Origin: Anaerolineae bacterium
GTDB lineage: Bacteria > Chloroflexota > Anaerolineae > Anaerolineales > UBA4823
Direction: 5' to 3'
Length of the DNA stretch: 64,000 bases
NCBI GenBank assembly: GCA_041301185.1
Contig: JBFYSV010000202.1
Span: forward strand, 8,620-72,619
Shown here: positions 17,829 to 27,268 of the stretch, piece by piece
Layout: each line of letters starts with the position of its first letter
Position numbering within the stretch: position 1 is the stretch's first letter
Notes under the pieces: generated by a model
The model's database searches: none
The model's input: the letters and a program-made list of their open reading frames with translations, nothing else
What the model was told of the DNA's origin: nothing
Position numbers and translations under genes: made by a program

Positions 17829-19005
17829 ACCCTCAACCCTACCCGAGAGATACCAGCGCCTTCTTGAGCTGTCGCATGATCTGGCGTCCACCCTCGATTT
17901 GGACAGCCTGCTCAGCAGGATTGTCAAGGCGGCCGCCGAACTTTGCCACGCCGAAGCCGCCTCGATCTTGCTGTATGACCAGCTCAAAGAGCAGCTTTAC
18001 TTCAGGGCAGCTTCCAATATGGATACCCCGCTGATGAGCGAGCTGATCGTCCCGGTAACTGGCAGTATTGCCGGTTGGATTATTACCAACCGCCAGCCAG
18101 TCATCTTAAATGACGCCCAGAAAGATCCGCGCCATTTTAGCAATGTGGGCAGGATCACACAGGTCTCAACAAAGAGCTTGCTTGGCGTTCCTCTCCTGCG
18201 GAAGGAGAAGGTGATCGGGGTGCTGGAAGCGATCAACAAGCAGCGGGGAAAATTCGATGATGAAGACCAAGACTTATTGCTGGCGCTTGGGGCTCAGGCT
18301 GCCATTGCAATCGAGAATGCCCGCCTGTTCCAACAATCTGACCTGATTTCGGAATTTGTCCACGAGATCCGAACCCCGCTTGCATCCCTTACTGCGGCCG
18401 CGTATATTCTGATGCGCCCAGAGATTCCCGAAGAACGGCGTGCGAATATTATCCAAACAATGCAGCAGGAGGTAACCAGGCTATCTGATATGGCCTCAGC
18501 TTTTCTGGATCTCGCCCGGTTGGAATCTGGACGTGTACGCTTTCAATTCACATCCGTCGATTTGGGCGACTTAATGGAAGAATGCTCAATTGTCATCCGG
18601 AGCAAGATAGAGGAAAAAGGGCAGGACCTACAATTACAGCCTTCACCCGATCCAATTCAAATCAGCGCGGATCGAGATAAACTAAAACAGGTAATCCTGA
18701 ATCTGCTCAGCAATGCTCATAAGTACACGCCCGGCGGCGGCAAAATTGTGCTTTCTTTTTACGCTACCTCCGATGAGATCATCATTCAGGTCAGTGACAG
18801 TGGGTACGGTATTCCTGCTGAATACATGCCCCACATGTTTGAAAAATTTTATCGCGTCCCCACAACTGAATATGTTGAACAGGGCTCAGGATTGGGCTTA
18901 TTTATCTGTAAGCATATTATCGATGCACATGGCGGTAGGATCTCGATTGATAGCAAAGCTGGTAAAGGAACCACCGTCAGTGTGCGTCTGCCATTTATCG
19001 CGTAG
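17815..19005 (+). CDS. GAF-domain sensor histidine kinase
   Basis: 396-aa ORF with no TM segment. It has a GAF domain, an H-box 'FVHEIRTPL', and N/G boxes ('LLSNAHKYTP','DSGYGIP','GSGLGL'). The GTG start has an AGGAGG 6 nt upstream and overlaps the sirtuin gene by 14 nt. Confidence 0.85.
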   Translation: MADLKPSTLPERYQRLLELSHDLASTLDLDSLLSRIVKAAAELCHAEAASILLYDQLKEQLYFRAASNMDTPLMSELIVPVTGSIAGWIITNRQPVILNDAQKDPRHFSNVGRITQVSTKSLLGVPLLRKEKVIGVLEAINKQRGKFDDEDQDLLLALGAQAAIAIENARLFQQSDLISEFVHEIRTPLASLTAAAYILMRPEIPEERRANIIQTMQQEVTRLSDMASAFLDLARLESGRVRFQFTSVDLGDLMEECSIVIRSKIEEKGQDLQLQPSPDPIQISADRDKLKQVILNLLSNAHKYTPGGGKIVLSFYATSDEIIIQVSDSGYGIPAEYMPHMFEKFYRVPTTEYVEQGSGLGLFICKHIIDAHGGRISIDSKAGKGTTVSVRLPFIA

Positions 19006-19013
19006 CCCCCGAA

Positions 19014-20783
19014 TTATCGAGCCCCACGGCGTCCAAACTGTCGTTCCAGGAGGTCCACCGAGAGATGGATCATTGTAGGACGCCCATGCGGGCAGGTGCG
19101 GGGTGACTTACAATTTTCCAGATCGGCAAGCAGGGCGCGCTGTTCCTGGGGAGAAAGGGTTTGACCGGCTTTGACTGCTGCCCGTTTACAGATCCGGGCA
19201 ACCAGCATTGCTTCGATCTCTTTCTGCAACGGCGTCTCGTCCTCCTCAAAGTCTTCAACCAGGCTATGTAAAGCAGAAGCTGGATCGATACCGGCTAATA
19301 AAAGCGGTATCGCCCGCACTATAAAGGTATTCCTACCAAATTCTTCCACTCGAAAACCAATCTTCGCCAGGTGGTTAAGCTGTTCGGAAAGTAGGCTAGC
19401 CTGGGCTGACGTCAAATTCACCGTTTGGGGTTCTAATAAGGTCTGGGCAGTAACCCCTTCATAACCCGTATCTGGTTGCCCTACTGCCAGCATCATCTTC
19501 TCGAACAACACTCGTTCGTGAGCTGCATGTTGGTCAATCAGATACAGACCATCAGGTCCTTCTGCAACCAGGAAAGCAGACGCCACCTGACCGACCAGGC
19601 GCAGAAGCGGGATTCGGTTTTGGGTGGGCGGCAACTCGCTTTGTGATCCTTGGCGGTTTCCGATCCATGTGGGTGCTTGCTCTGGAGTCGTTGGTGTGGT
19701 CTCCCCGGGTCCAACCCAGAGTTCGTTCTCAAATTTGGGTTGGCTTTGCCAGTCACCTGTTTTCCAGTAGGGTGACGTGCCAAGCGCTGGGACCGGTGTG
19801 TGGGCAAGTAATGCCCGTCGAACAGCACTCTGGACAACCCGAAACACGACATTCGGTTCGCGAAACTTTACCTCGGCTTTCGTTGGATGTACATTCACAT
19901 CCATCTCTTCAGCAGGCATCTCCAGGAATAATACAGCCAATGGATACCTGCCAACCATTAACAGGGTATGGTATGCCTGCAATAATGCCGTTGACAAGGA
20001 AACGTCTTGCACAGGTCGCCGATTGACAAAAAACGTCAATTCGCGCCGGTTTGACCTTGTAATCGAAGTGGGGCTGATAAAACCCGAAATTTGGATAGCC
20101 CCATCGACTGCCAGGACTTCGAGCATCTGTTTGGCAATCTCGATCCCATAGAATGACGCCAGCACTTCCCGGCGGTTGCCATTCCCGCTGGTCATCAAGG
20201 ATGGGCGATAATCTTGGTGCATCTGGAAGCGTACCTGCGGGTAGGCTAATGCATAGCGCGTGACCAGATTATCTATGTATCGCTTTTCAGTAGCTTCGCT
20301 TTTTAAGAACTTCAAACGAGCGGGGACGTTATAGAATAGGTTTTCAACCCGGACGATGGTTCCAACCGGTGACCCGACTGTCTCGAGAGTGCCCGCATGG
20401 CCTCCCTCAATATATAATCGTGCTCCTTCATCATCCTCCCGAAAACGAGAGATAATGGTCATTCGGGACACCGATCCAACCGCAGCCAGCGCTTCTCCTC
20501 GGAATCCGAGCGTGCTGATATGGAACAAGTCATCCGCCTGGGATAATTTGCTCGTGGCATGCCGCAGAACTGCCAATGGTAACTCACTCGCTGGAATACC
20601 AAAGCCGTTATCAGACACTTCGATTAGTTTTCTCCCCGCCAATTCAATCGCAAGGTTAACCTTGGTCGCCTGCGCATCCAGCGCGTTCTCAACCAACTCC
20701 TTGACCACAGAAGCCGGCCGTTCTACGACCTCACCCGCTGCGATCTGCGAAGCTACCTCATCATCAAGCAAATGGATTGGCAT
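19014..20783 (-). CDS. mutL: DNA mismatch repair protein MutL
   Basis: The ORF runs to 20834, but the conserved N-terminus 'MPIHLLDDEVASQIAAGEVVERP' starts at 20783. A GHKL ATPase and a C-terminal dimerisation domain ('HGRPT') are present. Confidence 0.9.
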   Translation of the reverse strand: MPIHLLDDEVASQIAAGEVVERPASVVKELVENALDAQATKVNLAIELAGRKLIEVSDNGFGIPASELPLAVLRHATSKLSQADDLFHISTLGFRGEALAAVGSVSRMTIISRFREDDEGARLYIEGGHAGTLETVGSPVGTIVRVENLFYNVPARLKFLKSEATEKRYIDNLVTRYALAYPQVRFQMHQDYRPSLMTSGNGNRREVLASFYGIEIAKQMLEVLAVDGAIQISGFISPTSITRSNRRELTFFVNRRPVQDVSLSTALLQAYHTLLMVGRYPLAVLFLEMPAEEMDVNVHPTKAEVKFREPNVVFRVVQSAVRRALLAHTPVPALGTSPYWKTGDWQSQPKFENELWVGPGETTPTTPEQAPTWIGNRQGSQSELPPTQNRIPLLRLVGQVASAFLVAEGPDGLYLIDQHAAHERVLFEKMMLAVGQPDTGYEGVTAQTLLEPQTVNLTSAQASLLSEQLNHLAKIGFRVEEFGRNTFIVRAIPLLLAGIDPASALHSLVEDFEEDETPLQKEIEAMLVARICKRAAVKAGQTLSPQEQRALLADLENCKSPRTCPHGRPTMIHLSVDLLERQFGRRGAR

Positions 20784-20865
20784 AATCGAATTATAAGATG
20801 AACAAGGTAAATATGCCATATCGGGAGAAAGCAAACGACTTCTGATAACTGGAGCCTGTAGTGGT

Positions 20866-21540
20866 ATGCGTTTCTTTTATAATAGAAGCATGACACGTTT
20901 CCGAACCCTATTTTTTGACCTGGACGATACCCTGTATGATAACAGCAATGGATTATGGGAAGCTATCCGCAACCGTATGGGGGAATACATTCAAAATCTG
21001 CTTGGATTGACACCAGATGAAACCGCAACCCTACGCCGGAACTATTTCACGACCTACGGCACCACGTTACGCGGACTGCAAATCCACCATCAGGTGAACA
21101 GTGACGATTATCTTGCGCATGTCCATGATCTGCCATTAGACCAATTTCTACAGGCAGACCATGATCTTCGAGGTATGCTTAGCAGCCTGCCACATCGAAA
21201 ATTTATCTTTACCAACGCAGACGATGCTCATGCCATCCGAGTCCTGGACATACTGGGTGTTCGTGATTGCTTCAATGGGATTATCGATGTACATGCCCTT
21301 GGCTATCATTGCAAACCAGAACCAGAAGCGTATCAGATCGCCATGCAGCTGGCTGGCGAGGAAGACGTTTCCAGGTGTCTTTTCATTGATGACTCGCCCC
21401 GTAATCTAGCCACCGCTCGCCAGCTTGGATTTACAACCATCCTGGTCGGCAACCACAACATTGACCAGACAGCGCATTACTCAATAGCCAATTTGAAAGA
21501 TTTGCCAGAACTGCTGCCTGAATTATGGGTAAAGGAATAG
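20866..21540 (+). CDS. HAD-superfamily hydrolase (pyrimidine 5'-nucleotidase-like)
   Basis: 224-aa ORF with HAD motif I 'FFDLDDTLY' and motif IV 'FIDDSPRN'. An alternative start is at 20890. Confidence 0.75.
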   Translation: MRFFYNRSMTRFRTLFFDLDDTLYDNSNGLWEAIRNRMGEYIQNLLGLTPDETATLRRNYFTTYGTTLRGLQIHHQVNSDDYLAHVHDLPLDQFLQADHDLRGMLSSLPHRKFIFTNADDAHAIRVLDILGVRDCFNGIIDVHALGYHCKPEPEAYQIAMQLAGEEDVSRCLFIDDSPRNLATARQLGFTTILVGNHNIDQTAHYSIANLKDLPELLPELWVKE

Positions 21541-21544
21541 GCGA

Positions 21545-22336
21545 ATGACCCAATTGCTGACGATCGATGAAGCCGCGGCTCAGGTGCGCTCTTCCACAAC
21601 ACTGGCGTTAGGTGGATTAACCCTCTACCGTAGACCGGTTGCATTTGTAAAAGCCCTCTTGAAACGCTTCCACGCCGAGGGACAACCAACCGGGTTATCT
21701 TTAATTGCCTTCACTGCTGGGATGGAAAGCGACCTCTTGGTAGGGGCAGGGATGGTTGCCAATATCCGCTCCTGCTATTTTGGCCTGGAAATCTTTGGCC
21801 TAGCACCTATGTTCACCTATTACGCCAACCACGGCATGATCCATATCATCGAAGAAACAGAGGGTAGCCTGGCTTTCGGGTTACGCGCCGAGATGGCAGG
21901 GATCGGTTTTATGCCTGGACGCGGATGGATCGGTACCGATTTGCCGAAGCTGCGTCCCGATGTGAAAACAATCCGTGATCCTTATACGGGTGAAGAACTG
22001 ATGGCTTTTCCCGCCATTTCTACGGACATTGCCGTGGTGCATGCTCTGCGTGCCGATAATGATGGAAATGCACAAATTGGCGATAACAAGGGAATCGATC
22101 TGGAGCTGGCATTAACGGCAAAAACGCTGATCGTTACTGCTGAAGAAATCGTCCCCTACCTGGATAAAGCCGACATCGTTGCTCCTTTTGTGGATGGGCT
22201 GGTCCTGGCTCCATCCGGCGCCCTACCCACTTCCTGCCACCCCCTTTACCCCATGGATGGAATCAAGATCATGGCCTATTCGGAACAAGTCAGTGATCCA
22301 GAGTCTTTCCGCAATTTTCTGGCTGGCTGGTTATAA
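21545..22336 (+). CDS. CoA-transferase family I, subunit-A-like protein
   Basis: 263-aa ORF with general resemblance to glutaconate/3-oxoacid CoA-transferase alpha subunits ('GGLTLYRRPVA','EETEGSLAFGLRA'). No subunit-B gene is adjacent. Confidence 0.55.
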   Translation: MTQLLTIDEAAAQVRSSTTLALGGLTLYRRPVAFVKALLKRFHAEGQPTGLSLIAFTAGMESDLLVGAGMVANIRSCYFGLEIFGLAPMFTYYANHGMIHIIEETEGSLAFGLRAEMAGIGFMPGRGWIGTDLPKLRPDVKTIRDPYTGEELMAFPAISTDIAVVHALRADNDGNAQIGDNKGIDLELALTAKTLIVTAEEIVPYLDKADIVAPFVDGLVLAPSGALPTSCHPLYPMDGIKIMAYSEQVSDPESFRNFLAGWL

Positions 22337-22501
22337 ATTCCCCGGCGAATTCCGGTTATTACATATTTCTTGTATAGCTTTTATCTATTTCTAATCATGA
22401 TATGGTAATCTATAATGATAAGAGTCCACAAAGCTGTGGAACGAATAGATACTCTACACTGAAGTGATATTCAGGCGAAATTACCAACGAGGACGGATTG
22501 C

Positions 22502-23785
22502 ATGGAAACACGGGAGCCGGTTATGAAATCAAGGGTGTTTGTCACCATAATTGCTATATTTATCGGTTTAATCATTATTGCTGGGGCTTGTTCGGCTGGT
22601 TTTGCCGCGGGCAGGTTTATCGCTCCGCAGGCTTCATTGACTTCATTTTTGTTTGCACAAAACGATAGCGAGCAATCCGCGCAGCCCACCGGCGGCGAGG
22701 CGGACGGCAATACACCTGCTGACCTCGAGACGATTTTTGAGCCTTTCTGGCAAGCCTGGGATTTGATCCATGATCAATTTGTTGATCAACCCGTGGATGA
22801 TGCCGCCCTCATGCGTGGCGCAATCAGAGGAATGATGGACTCTTTAGGTGATCCGCATACCTCCTATTTGGATCCTGAGGAATACAAGGAGCTGACGACC
22901 CAATTACAAGGGGAAGAGGAGTATGAAGGCATTGGCGCTTGGGTTGATACCAGCAGCGATTACTTAACCATCATCAGCCCGATGCCGAAATCCCCGGCAG
23001 ATAAGGCAGGCTTGAGGACCGGAGATAAAATTATTGCCATCGATGGCGAGGACATGACTGGTGTCGATGGCGAGGTTGTCCGAAAACAAGTGCTCGGCCC
23101 TGCTGGCTCTTCCGTTACCTTAACCATTCTAAGAGAGGGTGAAGAGCCTTTCGATGTTCTCATCACACGCGCCAGTATAAATGTCCCCAGCCTGGAAAGC
23201 AGGATGCTGGAAGGCGATGTTGGATATGTCCACCTTTACGTGTTTGGGGATAAAACCAGGGATGAGCTGCGCACAGCATTAAAAGAATTGCTAGCTCAAA
23301 ATCCAACCGGGCTAATTTTGGACTTGCGATATAACGGTGGTGGTTTTCTTACCACTGCGATCGAGGTTGCATCGGAATTCATCGACGATGGCGTGATCAT
23401 GTACGAGGAATTTGGAGACGGTAATCGCAAGACCTATGAAGCGAAAAAAGGTGGTATCGCAACGGAGATTCCGCTGGTGGTCTTGGTGAATGAGGGGAGT
23501 GCATCAGCTTCCGAAATTGTTGCTGGTGCTATCCAGGATCGAGAGCGAGGCACCCTGGTAGGAGCGACCACCTTCGGCAAGGGTTCAGTGCAAATACCCA
23601 CCCAGCTCATAGACCAACAAGGAGCTGTGCGCATCACTATCGCTCGCTGGCTGACACCCAGTGGGCGAACGATCCACGAAGTTGGTCTACAACCTGATGT
23701 TGAAGTACCGATTACGGATGAAGATACCGCCAACGACCGCGATCCTCAATTGGATAAAGCTATTGAAATCCTGACTCAACCCTAA
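22502..23785 (+). CDS. ctpA: Carboxy-terminal processing (S41, tail-specific) protease with PDZ domain
   Basis: 427-aa ORF with an N-terminal TM helix, a PDZ domain ('PADKAGLRTGDKIIAIDG') and an S41 core ('LDLRYNGGG','VNEGSASASEI','TFGKGSVQ'). Confidence 0.85.
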   Translation: METREPVMKSRVFVTIIAIFIGLIIIAGACSAGFAAGRFIAPQASLTSFLFAQNDSEQSAQPTGGEADGNTPADLETIFEPFWQAWDLIHDQFVDQPVDDAALMRGAIRGMMDSLGDPHTSYLDPEEYKELTTQLQGEEEYEGIGAWVDTSSDYLTIISPMPKSPADKAGLRTGDKIIAIDGEDMTGVDGEVVRKQVLGPAGSSVTLTILREGEEPFDVLITRASINVPSLESRMLEGDVGYVHLYVFGDKTRDELRTALKELLAQNPTGLILDLRYNGGGFLTTAIEVASEFIDDGVIMYEEFGDGNRKTYEAKKGGIATEIPLVVLVNEGSASASEIVAGAIQDRERGTLVGATTFGKGSVQIPTQLIDQQGAVRITIARWLTPSGRTIHEVGLQPDVEVPITDEDTANDRDPQLDKAIEILTQP

Positions 23786-23853
23786 AGGAATAATCAAAAC
23801 GGGGCTGCTGGGTAAATTACAAAAAACGTAGGAGTTACGCACTTGATTGGGAA

Positions 23854-23900
23854 AGTGGAGGTTTTTTGGTTGGGGTAGCCCCCCCCAAACACCCTCCACT
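23854..23900. other. Long imperfect G/C-rich hairpin in the ctpA / Zn-peptidase intergenic region
   Basis: AGTGGAGGTTTTTTGGTTGGGG, loop tag, CCCCCCCAAACACCCTCCACT. The outer 8 bp are perfect and the inner GGGG/CCCC pairs. No clean U-tract follows on either strand. Confidence 0.4.
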
Positions 23901-23957
23901 CCCCCTGAACTGAGTAAGTCCTAAAACAATAACAAATTTATTGGAGGAATAACGAGA

Positions 23958-24650
23958 ATGTTCTTTTATGATCCAAGATATATCCTTTTTATGGCTCCTG
24001 CCTTCATTCTGATGGTGGTTGTTCAATGGTATGTTCAATCAGCTTACAAGCGCTGGAGCAAAGTCCCCACCCTTTCCCGTCTCACTGGGGCTCAGGCAGT
24101 TCAGCGTCTAATCCAGCAAAGGGGATTGTTTGAGGTCCGAGTTGAAGGTGTAGCCGGTAACTTAACCGACCATTATGATCCCAGGAGTAAAGTTTTACGC
24201 CTATCTCAGGGCGTGTACCAAGGCAGTTCAGTTGCTGCCCTGGCTATTGCTGCCCATGAATTGGGACATGCAATGCAAGACAAAGAGGATTACTTCCCGC
24301 TGCGTTTTAGAGCAGCGCTCGTACCGGCAGTAAATATCGGTTCCTATCTGGGTTGGATCTTAATTCTTATTGGCTTACTGTTAGGCTTCACCCAGCTTGC
24401 CTGGCTAGGCATTGCTATCTTTGCTTTGGGAGCTTTGTTTGCCCTGGCGACCTTGCCTGTAGAGCTCAATGCTTCAGCTCGCGCCAAACAAATGCTTTCC
24501 GAGTCTGGGTTAATCGTCGGGCAAGAAGAAATGCGCGGCGTGAACAACGTTCTCAATGCCGCCGCAATGACCTACGTGGCAGCTCTGGTCACTGCAGTCT
24601 TGCAATTACTGTATTACGTTACCCTCATCTTCGGCCGAAACCGGGACTAA
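23958..24650 (+). CDS. Membrane zinc metallopeptidase (YugP-like, Zn_peptidase_2 family)
   Basis: 230-aa ORF with 'NLTDHYDPRSKVLRLS', 'AAHELGHAMQD' (HExxH) and flanking TM helices. Confidence 0.75.
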   Translation: MFFYDPRYILFMAPAFILMVVVQWYVQSAYKRWSKVPTLSRLTGAQAVQRLIQQRGLFEVRVEGVAGNLTDHYDPRSKVLRLSQGVYQGSSVAALAIAAHELGHAMQDKEDYFPLRFRAALVPAVNIGSYLGWILILIGLLLGFTQLAWLGIAIFALGALFALATLPVELNASARAKQMLSESGLIVGQEEMRGVNNVLNAAAMTYVAALVTAVLQLLYYVTLIFGRNRD

Positions 24651-24670
24651 CCCCCACCCGATCAACCAAC

Positions 24671-24724
24671 ACCTTCCGAAGCCCATCGTGGTTAGTAATT
24701 TCCATGGAAACGGCTTCGGAAGGT
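24671..24724. other. 13-bp perfect inverted repeat enclosing a 12-nt palindrome
   Basis: ACCTTCCGAAGCC (24671-24683) pairs with GGCTTCGGAAGGT (24712-24724). The loop contains the palindrome TTTCCATGGAAA (24699-24710). The element lies between the Zn-peptidase stop and the next gene start. Confidence 0.45.
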
Positions 24725-24774
24725 CAATTTGTGTCGTGGAATCTTTTCTCCTCTAATCCAGTATAATCTGGTCT

Positions 24775-25788
24775 ATGCGGAACATAATTCTAGCAATTGT
24801 TCTCCTCTTGGGCGGAGTATTCGTTGTGTTAAGGCTTGGAGAAGTGCAGCAAGTCGCTGATACACTGAGAAGGGGCGACTGGCGGTTTATTGGTTTGGGA
24901 TTTATTCTCGAAGTATTATGGATGGTCACCATCGCCGCTTCTTACAAAGTAATTTACCATGCGATGGGGTTGCGAGAGCGCTTTGAGAGGCTACTGCTGA
25001 TTTCATTATCGGCGACATTTGTAAACATTGTTGCACCATCGATTGGCATGGGCGGGATGGCGGTTTTTATCAACGAAGCCCGGCGAAAAGGATACTCAAC
25101 CGGCCGGGTTACCGCAGCTGGGGTGTTATTTGTATTGCTCGATTATTTCGGGTTCCTGGGATTGCTTGTTTTGGGTTTATTGGTATTGTTTCGCCGGGGT
25201 CAATTATCCTCTACGGAGATCATTGCTTCCGGTCTACTTCTCGCAGTAGCGTTATTTTTAGCTTACCTGGTCTATATTGGATTACGCTCATCTGAAGCGC
25301 TCGGGAGAATTCTTGCCAGACTGGCCAGCCTGGTGAACCGAGTATTTGCCTTATTTAAACGTCCACAATACCTTTCAGAACAGCGCGCATACCATTTTGC
25401 CCACGAAACATCCATAGCTCTGAATGAGTTAATTAAGAGACCCTATCACCTCTCGGCAGCGGTCGGTCTCGCGCTTACAACAAAAATCATTCTCCTCTGC
25501 ATTCTGCTTATGATGTTTCTGGCATTTGGGACCGAAATTTCTATAGGCACGCTCGTCGCCGGATTCAGCATAGGCTATTTGTTCCTCATCGTATCCCCGA
25601 CTCCAGCAGGAGTTGGTTTTGTTGAAGGTGGTCTTACACTGGCTCTCACCAGCCTGTCTGTACCGCTTGGGGCAGCTGCTGTGATCACCTTGGCATATCG
25701 CGGAATTACTTTTTGGCTACCGCTTCTTCTAGGCATGCTTGCCTTCCGTATCCTACCTCATACTGGTGAAGTTCGCACTCTAGCATGA
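24775..25788 (+). CDS. UPF0104 / lysylphosphatidylglycerol-synthase-TM-region-like (flippase-like) membrane protein
   Basis: 337-aa polytopic membrane ORF. Its overall pattern matches the family (N-terminal helix, then 'L.....W', multiple helices, 'GGLGV/GVGFVEG'-type segment 'PAGVGFVEGG'). Confidence 0.6.
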   Translation: MRNIILAIVLLLGGVFVVLRLGEVQQVADTLRRGDWRFIGLGFILEVLWMVTIAASYKVIYHAMGLRERFERLLLISLSATFVNIVAPSIGMGGMAVFINEARRKGYSTGRVTAAGVLFVLLDYFGFLGLLVLGLLVLFRRGQLSSTEIIASGLLLAVALFLAYLVYIGLRSSEALGRILARLASLVNRVFALFKRPQYLSEQRAYHFAHETSIALNELIKRPYHLSAAVGLALTTKIILLCILLMMFLAFGTEISIGTLVAGFSIGYLFLIVSPTPAGVGFVEGGLTLALTSLSVPLGAAAVITLAYRGITFWLPLLLGMLAFRILPHTGEVRTLA

Positions 25789-25797
25789 TCCAATCTA

Positions 25798-25826
25798 TTG
25801 ACGCGCACTCTCATTCACGCTAGAAT
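25798..25826 (+). promoter_or_regulatory. Candidate sigma70-type promoter for the trkA pair
   Basis: TTGACG (25798-25803), 17-nt spacer, TAGAAT (25821-25826). It lies 33 nt upstream of the ATG at 25859, with an AAGGAAGG RBS between. Confidence 0.45.
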
Positions 25827-25858
25827 CATGGCGCTTATCTCAAGGAAGGTGAAAGAAC

Positions 25859-26503
25859 ATGAAATACATCATTGTTGGATGTGGCCGGGTAGGTTCTGAA
25901 CTTGCCTATACACTTTTCACCAAGGGACATACGGTAGCCATAATCGACCACCTTGCATCGGCATTCAACAATCTTCACCCTGAATTCAGGGGAAGAATGA
26001 TCGAGGGCGAAGCACTGAATAAAGATGTGCTTCTAAGAGCTGGTATCGAAACGGCGGATGGGTTAGCCACGGTTACCAATTCAGATACCCTAAATTCTGT
26101 GGTCGCCCACATTGGACGGACTGCATATCACATTCCGCGGGTTGTTGTACGCAATTACGATCCGGATTGGCGACCATTACATGAAATTTTCGAACATCAA
26201 ATCGTGAGTTCATCAAGCTGGGGAGCCCAAAGGATCGAGGAGATGCTGGCTCACCCGGATATGCACACCATCTACTCTGCGGGCAATGGAGAGGTGGAGA
26301 TTTACCAGTTCATCGTATCTCACAAATTCGATGGTAAAAAACTGGGTGATATCATCCCCAACTCCAATTGCTCACCTGTATCGCTTACCCGAGCGGGGAA
26401 AGCCATCCTGCCAGACTGCAATACGATTGTGCATGAAAACGACATTGTACTGGTCAGTGCTATCCTGGAAGGCATCCAGGCCCTGCGCCAGCAGCTGATT
26501 TGA
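25859..26503 (+). CDS. trkA: TrkA-family K+ transport regulatory protein (RCK N + C domains)
   Basis: 214-aa ORF with Rossmann motif 'IIVGCGRVG' and a TrkA-C domain. Confidence 0.8.
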   Translation: MKYIIVGCGRVGSELAYTLFTKGHTVAIIDHLASAFNNLHPEFRGRMIEGEALNKDVLLRAGIETADGLATVTNSDTLNSVVAHIGRTAYHIPRVVVRNYDPDWRPLHEIFEHQIVSSSSWGAQRIEEMLAHPDMHTIYSAGNGEVEIYQFIVSHKFDGKKLGDIIPNSNCSPVSLTRAGKAILPDCNTIVHENDIVLVSAILEGIQALRQQLI

Positions 26504-26521
26504 TCTACGGAAGGATATTCT

Positions 26522-27196
26522 ATGTTTGTAGTCATCGTTGGTGGCGGTCGCACTGGTACCCAGCTTGCATCGATCTTGATTCTCCAAAAACATCAGGTTC
26601 ACATCATCGAACGCCGTCCAGATGTTTTGGCGCGGATTCACCGAGAGTTGCCCACAGAGATCATTTATGAAGGTAATTATTCCGATCCCTTAGTCCTCGA
26701 GCAAGCTGGGGTGAAAAATGCTGATGTTGTGGCAGCCTGTACGGTGAATGATGCCGATAATCTGGCCGTTTGCTTCCTGGCTCGAAGGCGCTACAACACT
26801 CCTCGCACGATCGCGCGAGTCAACAATCCCCGCAATGCCTGGCTTTTTGATGAGAAGTTCCACGTAGATGTTGCCCTGAACAACGCTGAGATCATGGCAC
26901 GGATGATCGAAGAGGAAATGTCGATGGGCGACATGATTACACTCCTCAAGCTACGCAGGGGAGATTATTCGTTGGTCGAAGAGAAAGTTCCGCCCAAGGC
27001 AAAGCTGATTGGGATGGCGATCAAGGACCTGGCATTACCGGAGGAGTGCGTCATCGCAGCGATTATCCGACACGGCAAGGTCGTTGTTCCCAGAGGCATC
27101 ACAGTTTTCGAGGAAGGTGATGAAGTACTGGCGATCACCTCCCACGATGGAGCCATCCAACTCATGGATTTGTTTTCACCGCCAAATCCCGTTTGA
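26522..27196 (+). CDS. trkA: TrkA-family K+ transport regulatory protein (second copy)
   Basis: 224-aa ORF with 'VVIVGGGRTG' and a TrkA-C domain ('LIGMAIKDLALPEECVIAAIIRHGKVVVPRG'). Confidence 0.8.
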   Translation: MFVVIVGGGRTGTQLASILILQKHQVHIIERRPDVLARIHRELPTEIIYEGNYSDPLVLEQAGVKNADVVAACTVNDADNLAVCFLARRRYNTPRTIARVNNPRNAWLFDEKFHVDVALNNAEIMARMIEEEMSMGDMITLLKLRRGDYSLVEEKVPPKAKLIGMAIKDLALPEECVIAAIIRHGKVVVPRGITVFEEGDEVLAITSHDGAIQLMDLFSPPNPV

Positions 27197-27221
27197 CCAA
27201 ATTCAGTGGTTTGAGTATAAT
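27193..27221 (+). promoter_or_regulatory. Near-consensus sigma70-type promoter for rpmH
   Basis: TTGACC (27193-27198), exactly 17 nt of spacer, TATAAT (27216-27221). It lies 47 nt upstream of the rpmH ATG, and the -35 overlaps the trkA stop codon. Confidence 0.5.
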
Positions 27222-27268
27222 AAAATTTCGTGTACGAAGAACTTATTGAAGAGAGATAGGGAATTTAA

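Noticed and set aside
21545-22336. Orphan CoA-transferase subunit A as a sign of a disrupted operon
   Set aside because: The ORF is intact, and the downstream 165-nt gap shows no remnant of a subunit-B frame. The assignment is too tentative to build on without a profile search.
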